This document shows, piece after piece, positions 56,299 to 64,000 of a stretch of 64,000 bases of DNA (the first letter of the stretch is position 1; each line of letters starts with the position of its first letter). Both the position numbers and the translations under genes were made by a program. The DNA is from an uncultured Candidatus Saccharibacteria bacterium (GTDB lineage: Bacteria > Patescibacteriota > Saccharimonadia > CAILAD01 > BJGX01), in contig CAZWVB010000002.1 in NCBI GenBank assembly GCA_964637185.1, positions 1,375-65,374 on the forward strand, in the 5' to 3' direction. The notes beneath the pieces were generated by a model that was not told the origin of the DNA, made no database searches, and worked only from the letters and a program-made list of their open reading frames with translations.

Positions 56299-57843
56299 TT
56301 GATTTTATTAGGGGGAACAATGTTAGCTCAAACAACTTCACTAGCTCATGTCGGACTCAGCTCAGAACTTATCAATATCGAGGCCGACATCTCCAATGGC
56401 TTACCTGCCTTCGTGATAGTTGGACTTGGCTCCAAAGCGATTGATGAAGCGAAAGAAAGAATCCGATCTAGCCTAAAGAATTCTGGCCTAGGGCTGCCGG
56501 CTCGCCGCATCACACTCAACCTAGCACCTGCTGATCTACCCAAAAACAGTAGTGGTTTTGACTTGGGTATGGCGGTAGCACTGTTGGCTGCCTCGGCACA
56601 GATTCCAAAACCGTCAGCAAAGCAAGCATTTTTTGGCGAGCTAGGTCTGGATGGTTCGGTACGGCCTACCAACCAAACTCTAGCTGTGGCTATTGGCTGC
56701 CAACAGCAAGGCATAGAGGAGATTTTCGTATCAGCACATGACGCACTTACAGCCAGCTTCGTGCGAGGGCTGAGAGTAATACCAATCAAATCACTCAAAC
56801 AACTTTTCCAACATCTAGTCGGCGATAAGGCTATCTCACCATTGGCCCACAGCCATCAAGACACTGCCTCAACACCAATTGTAGACATGGCAGACATATA
56901 CGGTCAGGAGAACGCCAAAAGGGCTTTGGAAATAGCTGCCAGTGGAAATCACAATATACTTTTATCAGGCACTCCCGGATCTGGTAAAACCATGTTAGCT
57001 AAAGCCTTGAGTGGCATACTACCTCGCCCAAGTTACGCTGAGCAGATCGAAATTACGCGGATTCATAGTCTAGCGCACGCCACATCCGACCAACTTATGT
57101 GCCAACGGCCATTTCGCTCACCACACCACACCAGTAGTGACATTGCTTTGATTGGTGGTGGCCAATGGCCAAAACCCGGTGAGATCAGTCTTGCACACCG
57201 CGGTGTATTGTTTCTAGATGAGTTTCCTGAGTTTCCGCGCCACGTATTGGAAGTACTACGACAACCACTGGAGGATGGTACTGTCAGTATAGCAAGAGCC
57301 AATGCCAGCCTAGAGTTTCCAGCCAACTTCTTACTAATTGCCGCCCAGAACCCTTGTCCATGCGGATACTATGGCGATGACAAGGTTAGCTGCTGCTGCA
57401 GCTTGAGCCAGATACAGCGCTATCAACACAAAATCTCCGGCCCCCTTCTTGATAGAATTGATTTGCATATCAATGTTGGGCGGGTTGATCAGACCGAATT
57501 GATGCAAAAAGACACCTTGGCGGGTACTTCCGACACCATACGCCAAAGAGTTGAGAAAACCCGAGCCGTACAGGCCGAGCGTTTTTGTGGCTCTAGTATT
57601 TACACCAACAGCCAGATGTCCAATCAAGATATAGCAGCCCATTGCAGCGTATCTGACTCATCACAGATACTTTTGCAACAAGCCACTGGTTCTTTGAACC
57701 TAAGCCCACGCTCATATATGAGATTACTTAAGGTAGCGCGCACTATTGCCGATATGTCTGGATCAAAAATGATAGCCGAAGAGCACATCGCAGAGGCGCT
57801 ACAATACCGTCATATTACGAGCCGACCCGCAGTAGCCGTGTAA
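56299..57843 (+). CDS. comM: Mg-chelatase-like AAA+ protein YifB/ComM
   Basis: 514 aa. N-terminal Lon-like domain (SLAHVGLSSELINIEADISNGLPAFVIVGL), Walker A LSGTPGSGKTMLAK, VLFLDEFPEF, and a C-terminal helix bundle. Confidence 0.85.
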   Translation: MILLGGTMLAQTTSLAHVGLSSELINIEADISNGLPAFVIVGLGSKAIDEAKERIRSSLKNSGLGLPARRITLNLAPADLPKNSSGFDLGMAVALLAASAQIPKPSAKQAFFGELGLDGSVRPTNQTLAVAIGCQQQGIEEIFVSAHDALTASFVRGLRVIPIKSLKQLFQHLVGDKAISPLAHSHQDTASTPIVDMADIYGQENAKRALEIAASGNHNILLSGTPGSGKTMLAKALSGILPRPSYAEQIEITRIHSLAHATSDQLMCQRPFRSPHHTSSDIALIGGGQWPKPGEISLAHRGVLFLDEFPEFPRHVLEVLRQPLEDGTVSIARANASLEFPANFLLIAAQNPCPCGYYGDDKVSCCCSLSQIQRYQHKISGPLLDRIDLHINVGRVDQTELMQKDTLAGTSDTIRQRVEKTRAVQAERFCGSSIYTNSQMSNQDIAAHCSVSDSSQILLQQATGSLNLSPRSYMRLLKVARTIADMSGSKMIAEEHIAEALQYRHITSRPAVAV

Positions 57844-58114
57844 CAGAGTTTATTATTTCAGATCGTTGTAGTACAAAATACATTATTGTATAAAATACCA
57901 CTATTACGAAGCTCAACTTAATTGTCTTGCGGATGTCCCCCAACACCAACTTTGTTTCGTTGCTATATTCAATGTTGTCGCTGGCTTTTTTGTCAGTTTG
58001 GCTTGCTACCGTTGTTATCTTACTTTGCGCTGATGACTTTTTTGTACTTGATTTGGTTGCTTTAGAATTGGAGGTAGAATTGCGGCGCTGCCTCCGAGAT
58101 TTTTTCTTGGACAT
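57815..58114 (-). CDS. Small Lys/Ser-rich protein with a C-terminal TM helix, unknown function.
   Basis: 99 aa. RBS AGGGGAG. Basic N-terminus and a hydrophobic segment LSFVIVVFYTIMYFVL. Convergent 29-nt overlap with the comM end. Preferred over the antisense plus-strand ORF 57927–58187, which has no RBS and a TTG start. Confidence 0.35.
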   Translation of the reverse strand: MSKKKSRRQRRNSTSNSKATKSSTKKSSAQSKITTVASQTDKKASDNIEYSNETKLVLGDIRKTIKLSFVIVVFYTIMYFVLQRSEIINSVTRLLRVGS

Positions 58115-58194
58115 AGCTCTCCCCTTTATGCAGATATATTATCAGAAGATACTCATGGTTGCCAAGCTGAAACCAAGCTACATATAATGATGAC

Positions 58195-58647
58195 ATGATT
58201 CTAATTGTGATATTTGTAATAATACTAGCCGCCGCAGTTGGGTTCAATCAATGGCAGCTATGGCGCCTGCAGCAGAAGTACGCCAGTTTTTTGAAAGGTT
58301 CAAATGCCCAGAATATTGAAGACATCATCAAGACATACACTGGCCAGATCGACGATGCTCAAACCAAGATTGATGAGATCGCAGAGTTTTGTGCCAAGAT
58401 GATCAAATACCAACAACTAGCAATCTCACATGTCGGCCTAGTACGTTTCAATCCTTTTGGTGACACCGGTGGCAACCAAAGCTTTTGCCTGGCCCTGCTG
58501 GACAGTGACGATACTGGAGTAGTAATTTCAAGCGTTCACGGGCGCAACACTACTAGGGTTTATGCCAAAGCAATCAACTCCGGCAAAAGCAAATACAACT
58601 TATCCCAGGAAGAAAATCAGGCAATAGAACAGGCTATCAATGGCTAG
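58195..58647 (+). CDS. DUF4446-family membrane protein
   Basis: 150 aa. N-terminal TM helix, and LVRFNPFGDTGGNQSFCLALLD, which resembles the DUF4446 core (R.NAF.D.GG..SF.LALLD). Confidence 0.5.
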   Translation: MILIVIFVIILAAAVGFNQWQLWRLQQKYASFLKGSNAQNIEDIIKTYTGQIDDAQTKIDEIAEFCAKMIKYQQLAISHVGLVRFNPFGDTGGNQSFCLALLDSDDTGVVISSVHGRNTTRVYAKAINSGKSKYNLSQEENQAIEQAING

Positions 58648-59023
58648 GCTATGGCCAAGCATCAAAAAGCGCAGCCAAAGTGACACCATCGACCTATCGG
58701 CCAACGAGATGGTGATAGCATCTGGTGTCATTGCCAATGGCACGATAGAGACAGATCGAGATATATTTATAGATGGTAATTATCGCGGCGACATCAAAAC
58801 GCTTGGGTATATCAAACTTGGTACTAACTGCAGCGTGGAAGGCAAACTAAGCTCACGTGCCATTAGGCTACAAGGGCATGTCAAAGGCGAGCTTACGGCA
58901 GACACGGAGATAGTAATAGATGGGGGTAGTGAGTTAGATGGCACTGCAGAGGCCAACAGTATAGAGATCAATAAAGACGCAGCGGTCAATGCCAAGATTA
59001 TCACCAGGACTGATAAGACATGA
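58640..59023 (+). CDS. Bactofilin-family (CcmA-like) cytoskeletal protein
   Basis: 127 aa of repetitive beta-helix-type units (IASGVIANGTIETDRDIFIDGNYRGDIKTLGYIKLGTNCSVEGKLSSRAIRLQGHVKGELTA…). Overlaps the preceding gene by 8 nt. Confidence 0.6.
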   Translation: MARLWPSIKKRSQSDTIDLSANEMVIASGVIANGTIETDRDIFIDGNYRGDIKTLGYIKLGTNCSVEGKLSSRAIRLQGHVKGELTADTEIVIDGGSELDGTAEANSIEINKDAAVNAKIITRTDKT

Positions 59024-59793
59024 ATTGCTACCTTGTAGAGTCAATAGATAACCAAAAAGCTCACATCCAAAACTTCTTATCATTGATACGCAAAAGTAAG
59101 ATCGACGGACAAAATTATGAGGTGCAAAGAAGTACTCAACAGCAGTATCGTTTTCCTGCTTTACCTGATAACTGCAATACAGTAATTTTTGTTGGTACAG
59201 ACAAGTTTTTGGAAGCTGGACTATGGCATTATCGTGACTTTAAGTCGGCCGCATTTGGATATCTAGCTTATGATTTCCAGTCGTCCGTGGCCAAGGATAT
59301 GCAGCTCAACAGCCCAGAAGTTGCTGTCAAAGCTATCAAAAACCGCAAAGTCATCACCTATCAGCCACTACAAACCAATCATGGATTTGTATTATTCAAA
59401 TTGGAGCTTGATTTTGGCACGACGCCGCAAAAAGTACAGCTTCATCTCGATCAAAAATTGCAGCTACAGACTGAGATCAATAGATTGGTGGTAGTCTATC
59501 ATCCCGATCACCCTTTTGCGCACACCGACCAATTTGAGATTGAAGGCTACGCGATCGACCATAACGAATCCAATCAAGACAACCCCCTCAAACTACCCTT
59601 CCCTCTAGTCAAAGCTAAGCAGCAACAGTTACTCGCCAGATTGGCGGCATCTTACACGACCATACAGGCTGCCCAAAAAGACATAGTTGCCACTAGTCAA
59701 GCTCATTACAAACTGCCGCTGCGTATTACTATAAGTAAACAAAAACTGCGGTTGATAGCGCCTCGTGAGGAGCTCAAACGTCTTCATGGTTGA
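59020..59793 (+). CDS. Hypothetical protein
   Basis: 257 aa with no confident motif. It has a weak resemblance to the N-terminal region of chorismate-utilising enzymes (GYLAYDF). Overlaps bactofilin by 4 nt. Confidence 0.35.
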   Translation: MNCYLVESIDNQKAHIQNFLSLIRKSKIDGQNYEVQRSTQQQYRFPALPDNCNTVIFVGTDKFLEAGLWHYRDFKSAAFGYLAYDFQSSVAKDMQLNSPEVAVKAIKNRKVITYQPLQTNHGFVLFKLELDFGTTPQKVQLHLDQKLQLQTEINRLVVVYHPDHPFAHTDQFEIEGYAIDHNESNQDNPLKLPFPLVKAKQQQLLARLAASYTTIQAAQKDIVATSQAHYKLPLRITISKQKLRLIAPREELKRLHG

Positions 59794-60374
59794 ATTCTCT
59801 TGATTCAATCTGCAGATCATGCTACAATATCCATCAGCAATTCGGAGAAACTTCAATAAAAAAACGTTTTCGACTAAATCATGAAATAAAAGCTCCTACG
59901 GTTCGTCTACTGGGAGTCGATGGTAGTCAGATCGGCATCGTCGATATACAGACTGCCCGCCGCCGGACCGAAGAGGAAGGTTATGATCTAGCCGAAGTAT
60001 CTCCCGATGCCAAGCCGCCAGTGGTCAAGATGATCGACTGGGGCAAGTACCAGTACGAACAGGCCAAACAAGAATCGCGTGCTCGACGCAATCAGAAGAG
60101 CATCGAAGTCAAGCAAGTTCGTATGGGTTTGAAAATTGGTGAGCACGATATGGACGTCAAACGACGCCAAGTTAGCAAATTCCTAGAAGCTGGCAACAAG
60201 GTCAAGATCACCGCCCGCTTCAAAGGTCGTGAGATGGCCCGCAAAGAATTGGGACCACCCGTGATAATGCGATTTCTTGAGCCACTCAATGAGCTTGCCC
60301 AGATCGAGCAAGAGCCTACCATGGCCGGCCGTGATATGTCGATAGTAGTAGCACCCAAAAACAAACCAAGGTAG
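59790..60374 (+). CDS. infC: Translation initiation factor IF-3, with a probable non-AUG start.
   Basis: IF-3 core …VRLLGVDGSQIGIVDIQTARRRTEEEGYDLAEVSPDAKPPVVKMIDWGKYQYEQAKQ… The ORF starts with TTG at 59790. An in-frame ATA at 59856, 8 nt after GGAGAAA, is an alternative non-AUG start. This matches the AUU/AUA starts typical of infC autoregulation. Confidence 0.85.
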   Translation: MNSLDSICRSCYNIHQQFGETSIKKRFRLNHEIKAPTVRLLGVDGSQIGIVDIQTARRRTEEEGYDLAEVSPDAKPPVVKMIDWGKYQYEQAKQESRARRNQKSIEVKQVRMGLKIGEHDMDVKRRQVSKFLEAGNKVKITARFKGREMARKELGPPVIMRFLEPLNELAQIEQEPTMAGRDMSIVVAPKNKPR

Positions 60375-60401
60375 TAAGCACCGAAGCAAAGGAAGAAGAC
60401 A

Positions 60402-60599
60402 ATGCCCAAGCGTAAGACCAACAAAACTATGTCCAAACGAATCAAGCTGAGTAAGACCGGCAAGGTTTTGCGTCTGCAAGCGTCACGTGCCCACAAACTC
60501 AGTGGTAAGTCTGCCGCCCGTAGGCGCACTTACGCGCTTGATCACGGTATGGCGCATGGTGATAGTCAAAATGCCAAGAAAATGGTAGGAGCACGATAA
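60402..60599 (+). CDS. rpmI: 50S ribosomal protein L35
   Basis: 65 aa. MPKRKTNKTMSKRIKLSKTGKVLRLQASRAHKL… RBS AAGGAAGAAG. Confidence 0.9.
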   Translation: MPKRKTNKTMSKRIKLSKTGKVLRLQASRAHKLSGKSAARRRTYALDHGMAHGDSQNAKKMVGAR

Positions 60600-60600
60600 T

Positions 60601-60942
60601 ATGCGCGTCAAAAGAGGCGTTACTGCCCGCAATCGCCACAAAAAAATATTGAAGATGGCCAAAGGCTACAGCAAGGCCCGCCGCTCTAGCTACCGCAAGG
60701 CCAACGAAGCTGTCATCAAGGCCCTATCCTACCAGTACCGCGATCGCCGCAACCGCAAGCGCGACTTCCGCAGTCTTTGGATCACTCGTATCTCTGCCGC
60801 TGCCAAAGCCAATGGTACCAGCTACTCTGTACTCATGGATAAGCTCAATAAGGCCAAAGTGGGCCTAAACCGCAAGATGCTTAGCGAAGTAGCCGCCCGC
60901 TACCCCGAAGCTTTCTCCGAAATCGTCAAGTCCGCCAAATAA
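60601..60942 (+). CDS. rplT: 50S ribosomal protein L20
   Basis: 113 aa. MRVKRGVTARNRHKKILKMAKGY…RDRRNRKRDFRSLWITRI…. Confidence 0.9.
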   Translation: MRVKRGVTARNRHKKILKMAKGYSKARRSSYRKANEAVIKALSYQYRDRRNRKRDFRSLWITRISAAAKANGTSYSVLMDKLNKAKVGLNRKMLSEVAARYPEAFSEIVKSAK

Positions 60943-60945
60943 TGC

Positions 60946-60972
60946 CAGAGCTCCCAAGGGAGCTCTTTTTGG
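60946..60972 (+). terminator. Rho-independent terminator of the infC-rpmI-rplT operon.
   Basis: AGAGCTCCC-AA-GGGAGCTCT followed by TTTTT. Confidence 0.7.
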
Positions 60973-61380
60973 TCACTTGGGAGCCGTGCGCTCGGCCTCA
61001 TGGATAAGTTTCATCCGCTCCAGAAGACGCTGCGCCAAGAATGGAGGCTGATCCTTACTATGTGTATCAATAAACTCCTGAGTGATAGCCTTGGCAAGTG
61101 ATTTTTCCAGCCTTTCCACGTCTTTTTTGGGCAGTGTGGATACCACACCACAATTATCGCAGCTACGTGTTTGGGCTATCACTGTCTTGATCTGAGATAC
61201 GTATCTATAGGGCTTCTCACCCTCTTTCAGTTTATAGACGGTCGGGGTACCCAATTGATGGGAAACCCCACACATCAAACACTGCAATGTAAAGTGTGCT
61301 TCCAAGGCCGGTGCCACTTGTGTGAAATGTCGGCTTTTTTGATCAAATACCACGTTGAGGTTGACTGCCGTTAGGATCAA
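60973..61380 (-). CDS. Zinc-ribbon protein (CxxC…CxxC), unknown function.
   Basis: 135 aa. AAGGAG RBS 5 nt before the ATG. LQCLMCGVSH … RSCDNCGVVS. Confidence 0.4.
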   Translation of the reverse strand: MILTAVNLNVVFDQKSRHFTQVAPALEAHFTLQCLMCGVSHQLGTPTVYKLKEGEKPYRYVSQIKTVIAQTRSCDNCGVVSTLPKKDVERLEKSLAKAITQEFIDTHSKDQPPFLAQRLLERMKLIHEAERTAPK

Positions 61381-61409
61381 CTTTACTCCTTATTGTAGGT
61401 ACAATGTGC

Positions 61410-61436
61410 AAAAAAAAAGCCGCCCGATCGGGCGGC
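61410..61436 (-). terminator. Rho-independent terminator for the minus-strand ABC-transporter operon.
   Basis: On the minus strand: GCCGCCCGAUCGGGCGGC followed by nine U. It lies 70 nt after the MacB-like stop. Confidence 0.65.
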
Positions 61437-61509
61437 TTAGAGCCTGGTTTGAGGCAAAGGATTATTACACATCGAAAGTAAGTATAAGAAGTATTGAAAT
61501 TTTTGTCAA

Positions 61510-62760
61510 CTACAGAGCCTTGAGAGCCTGAATTGGTCGTTTGCGAGCAGCCTTGATAGCTGGTGCCACACCAAATACTATTCCAACAAACAATGACACG
61601 CCGATTGCTAGCAAGAATGACTTTGTTGAGTAGACAGGTGTGATATTGGCAAACTTTTTAATCAATAAGCCGGCCAGATACGCTAAGCCTAGCCCTAGCA
61701 GGCCACCGATCAGCGACAAGACGATTGCCTCGGTCATGAATTGACCCAAGATGTTCCAGAAGGTCGCCCCGACAGCCTTACGTATGCCTATCTCGCGGGT
61801 TCGCTCACTGACGGTTACGAGCATGATATTCATAATACCTATTCCACCTACCAGCAAGCTGATGGCAGCAATAGCAATCACAAATGAGCTCAAGATATCT
61901 AAAATACTGTTAAATGTACTTAGCAGCTCCTCTTGAGTAAGCACACTAAAGTCATCACTACCATTGTGATTGGCCTTGATACTCTGCTCCAATGATTGTT
62001 TTACACTGTCGACATTCTTAGGGTCATTCACCTGCACTAGTATTCGAAATACTTGATTGGAGCCAGATAATTCCTGGGCCACAGTAGAAGGCATATAGAC
62101 TATGTCTTCACCAACACCTAACCCAGTATCAGATCCTTCGGCTCGTTTCTGAACACCAATGACTTTGAATTGTTTCCCCCTTATACCTACAGTTTTACCT
62201 ATTGGGTCTTCGCTACCAAACAAATTCTGCTTTGTATCATCACCTATCACAACTACATAGGCTTTGTTGACGTCATCTTGGCTGGTAAAAAAGCTGCCCG
62301 AACCTAACTTGATGTCGCGTATCGAGAAATAATCTGGCGTAGTACCAAATATGTAAGCTGTATTGCTGGACAGATCATTGCGTGTCACATTGGATGATAT
62401 CAGAGTAACTGATGTGGTCTTGTCCACATCGGCAGTCTTGGAGGCCATCTTCACATCCGTCTCCGTTAGTGTTGGAGCGCCCAAACTACTACCGAAGCTT
62501 GGACCAGCTGCACTGCTACGTTGTTGCTGGCCATTGCGAGCCGTGCTGGTAGATTGCCCAATTTTACCAGAAGTGATTGTCAGCACGTTAGTACCAAGAC
62601 TACTGATTTGGCCACCTACTTGAGCTTTTACTCCATCACCTATACCTATCATTACTAATACTGCAAAAACACCTATAACAATGCCTAACACAGTAAGAAA
62701 TGACCGCAATTTAGCACCTGCTATGCTACCAAAAGCGCTACGAATGTTTTGTATTATCAT
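61510..62760 (-). CDS. MacB/FtsX-family ABC transporter permease with a periplasmic MacB_PCD domain.
   Basis: 416 aa. N-terminal TM (LRSFLTVLGIVIGVFAVLVMIGIG), a large extracytoplasmic domain, and three C-terminal FtsX-type helices. Confidence 0.8.
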   Translation of the reverse strand: MIIQNIRSAFGSIAGAKLRSFLTVLGIVIGVFAVLVMIGIGDGVKAQVGGQISSLGTNVLTITSGKIGQSTSTARNGQQQRSSAAGPSFGSSLGAPTLTETDVKMASKTADVDKTTSVTLISSNVTRNDLSSNTAYIFGTTPDYFSIRDIKLGSGSFFTSQDDVNKAYVVVIGDDTKQNLFGSEDPIGKTVGIRGKQFKVIGVQKRAEGSDTGLGVGEDIVYMPSTVAQELSGSNQVFRILVQVNDPKNVDSVKQSLEQSIKANHNGSDDFSVLTQEELLSTFNSILDILSSFVIAIAAISLLVGGIGIMNIMLVTVSERTREIGIRKAVGATFWNILGQFMTEAIVLSLIGGLLGLGLAYLAGLLIKKFANITPVYSTKSFLLAIGVSLFVGIVFGVAPAIKAARKRPIQALKAL

Positions 62761-63449
62761 CGATTGCCCCCTACTATCTGACTATCCAGCATATGGATGG
62801 TGCGTCCAGCATAACGCGCTATGTCCGAGCTATGCGTCACTACGACAATGGTCATGCCACGCTGATTGAGCTTTTGCAGCAGGCGCATTATCTCATCGCT
62901 GGTTTTGCTATCCAGATTGCCAGTTGGCTCGTCTGCCAGTAGAAGGCTTGGCTTGTTGACCAAGGCTCGCGCGATCGCTGCGCGCTGCACCTGACCACCG
63001 CTGAGGCGATTGGTGCGATTACGCAGCTTGTCGCCCAGCCCAACCTGACGCAGTACTTTTGTAGCCCTTTCTTTGCGCGTTCGAGACCTCAACCGCTTAT
63101 AAACCAAGGGTAGCTCAACATTGCGCAGAATATTCATTCTTGGCAGTAGATTAAAATTTTGGAAAACGAAACCAATCTTGTCGCGGCGCAACTTGGACAG
63201 TTTTCTTTCTTTCATGCAAGTGATATCAACACCGTCTAGCAAGTATACTCCTGTCGATGGAACGTCCAGTAAACCAATTATATTCATCAGGGTCGACTTA
63301 CCAGAGCCAGATGGCCCCATAATTGCTACGAATTCACCTTTTTTGATCTCAAGCTTGATATTTTTCAGCGCATCATAAACACCCGCCTCATCATCGTAGC
63401 GCTTACCGACTTCGTACAAACCTATTACTACGTCACTTGTTTCTGACAT
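62757..63449 (-). CDS. ABC transporter ATP-binding protein (MacB/LolD-type)
   Basis: Walker A GPSGSGKSTLMNIIG, Q-loop, signature LSGGQVQRAAIARAL, Walker B LLLADEPTGNLD. The ORF extends to 63512, but the ATG at 63449 (MSETSDVVIG…) matches the usual ABC N-terminus and shortens the overlap with the upstream gene. The 4-nt overlap with the permease suggests translational coupling. Confidence 0.85.
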   Translation of the reverse strand: MSETSDVVIGLYEVGKRYDDEAGVYDALKNIKLEIKKGEFVAIMGPSGSGKSTLMNIIGLLDVPSTGVYLLDGVDITCMKERKLSKLRRDKIGFVFQNFNLLPRMNILRNVELPLVYKRLRSRTRKERATKVLRQVGLGDKLRNRTNRLSGGQVQRAAIARALVNKPSLLLADEPTGNLDSKTSDEIMRLLQKLNQRGMTIVVVTHSSDIARYAGRTIHMLDSQIVGGNR

Positions 63450-63978
63450 ATTCCAATTGTAGCTGACTATCCTGGTCGACAACAAGCTTCTTGATGACAA
63501 TATTGTCATCACTCAAAAGAATATTTTTTGTGTTCGATAGCTCCAGATGATAGCTACTTGGCATTTGCACTTCCAACTGCAGGCTGTAAGGCCAGCCACC
63601 AAACTGCTTATCTACTTGCTGGGCAAACACTACTCTATCGGTCATTGCCAATTGGCTCGGTAATTTGTAAGTGAGCGACATATCCGCTGCACCAGTGGGA
63701 TCGAGGGTTTTTGTAATAGTAAACGTTGTAAATCCCTCTTCATTTGAAGTGATTATTGGGTCATCACTGCCTTGGCTACTTACCAATGTGCTACCTGTTG
63801 GCACTGCTATTTTGATACTACTGATATTACGTTTGACAAGCCAATTAGGCAATCCACTTTTTGCCTCAATATAAGGATACAAATAACTATCCGCATTGTG
63901 TACGCGACGAATCTTTATTGTATTAATTACACTGCCATCACTATTTATTGTAGAATGCTTTTGCATATTTGACTTCAT
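63433..63978 (-). CDS. Hypothetical protein upstream of the ABC pair, possibly an accessory or substrate-binding component.
   Basis: 181 aa with no recognisable motif. It is co-directional with, and overlaps, the ABC ATPase gene. It starts 22 nt from the window end. Confidence 0.3.
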   Translation of the reverse strand: MKSNMQKHSTINSDGSVINTIKIRRVHNADSYLYPYIEAKSGLPNWLVKRNISSIKIAVPTGSTLVSSQGSDDPIITSNEEGFTTFTITKTLDPTGAADMSLTYKLPSQLAMTDRVVFAQQVDKQFGGWPYSLQLEVQMPSSYHLELSNTKNILLSDDNIVIKKLVVDQDSQLQLEYVRNK

Positions 63979-64000
63979 ATAACTACTACTTTTATCTGCC

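Noticed and set aside
57927-58187. Plus-strand 86-aa ORF overlapping the small K/S-rich minus-strand gene
   Set aside because: TTG start, no RBS, hydrophobic low-complexity translation. The minus-strand alternative has an AGGGGAG SD and a more protein-like sequence. Both remain low confidence.

Overview
This 64-kb window comes from a compact, moderately AT-rich bacterial chromosome. Most of the sequence is about 40–48% GC, but a roughly 2–4.5 kb block of much higher GC (up to about 65%) sits at 45.9–50.4 kb. Genes are tightly packed and often overlap by 1–20 nt. Almost every gene from 0.6 to 44.3 kb lies on the minus strand; gene direction then switches at a divergent argS/smpB pair.

Clearly identifiable housekeeping genes include:
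- DNA replication and repair: gyrB-gyrA, a UvrD-like helicase with a nuclease domain, rmuC.
- Aminoacyl-tRNA synthetases: pheS-pheT, trpS, argS.
- Translation: smpB, infC-rpmI-rplT.
- Metabolism: pheA, class I fructose-bisphosphate aldolase, gmk.
- Other: comM/yifB, a MacB-type ABC pair.

A tmRNA gene (ssrA) is recognisable directly from its 5' and 3' ends at 50505–50885 on the minus strand.

Accessory content, which is where the hunt findings come from:
- An operon of LPXTG-type and secreted Asn/Thr/Gly repeat proteins at 1.2–5.5 kb.
- Two giant membrane-anchored fibre-like proteins at 10.6–18.5 kb, with collagen-like Gly-X-Y repeats, phage-tail-fibre-like repeats and an SDxxLKxNI intramolecular-chaperone (Peptidase S74-type) motif.
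- Immediately upstream and co-directional, an F1-ATPase-like alpha-gamma-beta-epsilon gene set at 18.5–30.8 kb. It has no recognisable a, b or delta subunits. Beside it lie an ectodomain protein whose C-terminus resembles a c-subunit hairpin without the ion-binding carboxylate, a K/E-rich membrane protein, an LPXTG PKD-domain surface protein, a membrane-anchored VirD4/TraD/HerA-like P-loop ATPase and an L,D-transpeptidase. This cluster is the best candidate for an undescribed system.
- A pheT whose B5 domain carries an inserted NlpC/P60-like domain.
- An approximately 500-nt structured non-coding unit with its own promoter and terminator at 35.1–35.7 kb.
- A high-GC purE-purC island next to the tmRNA 3' end.
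- A glycosyltransferase / GalT-like cluster at 51–56 kb.

No rRNA, canonical tRNA, CRISPR array, transposase or integrase was recognised. The lineage guess (Gram-positive-type envelope, possibly a small-genome Patescibacteria/Saccharibacteria-like organism) is inference only.
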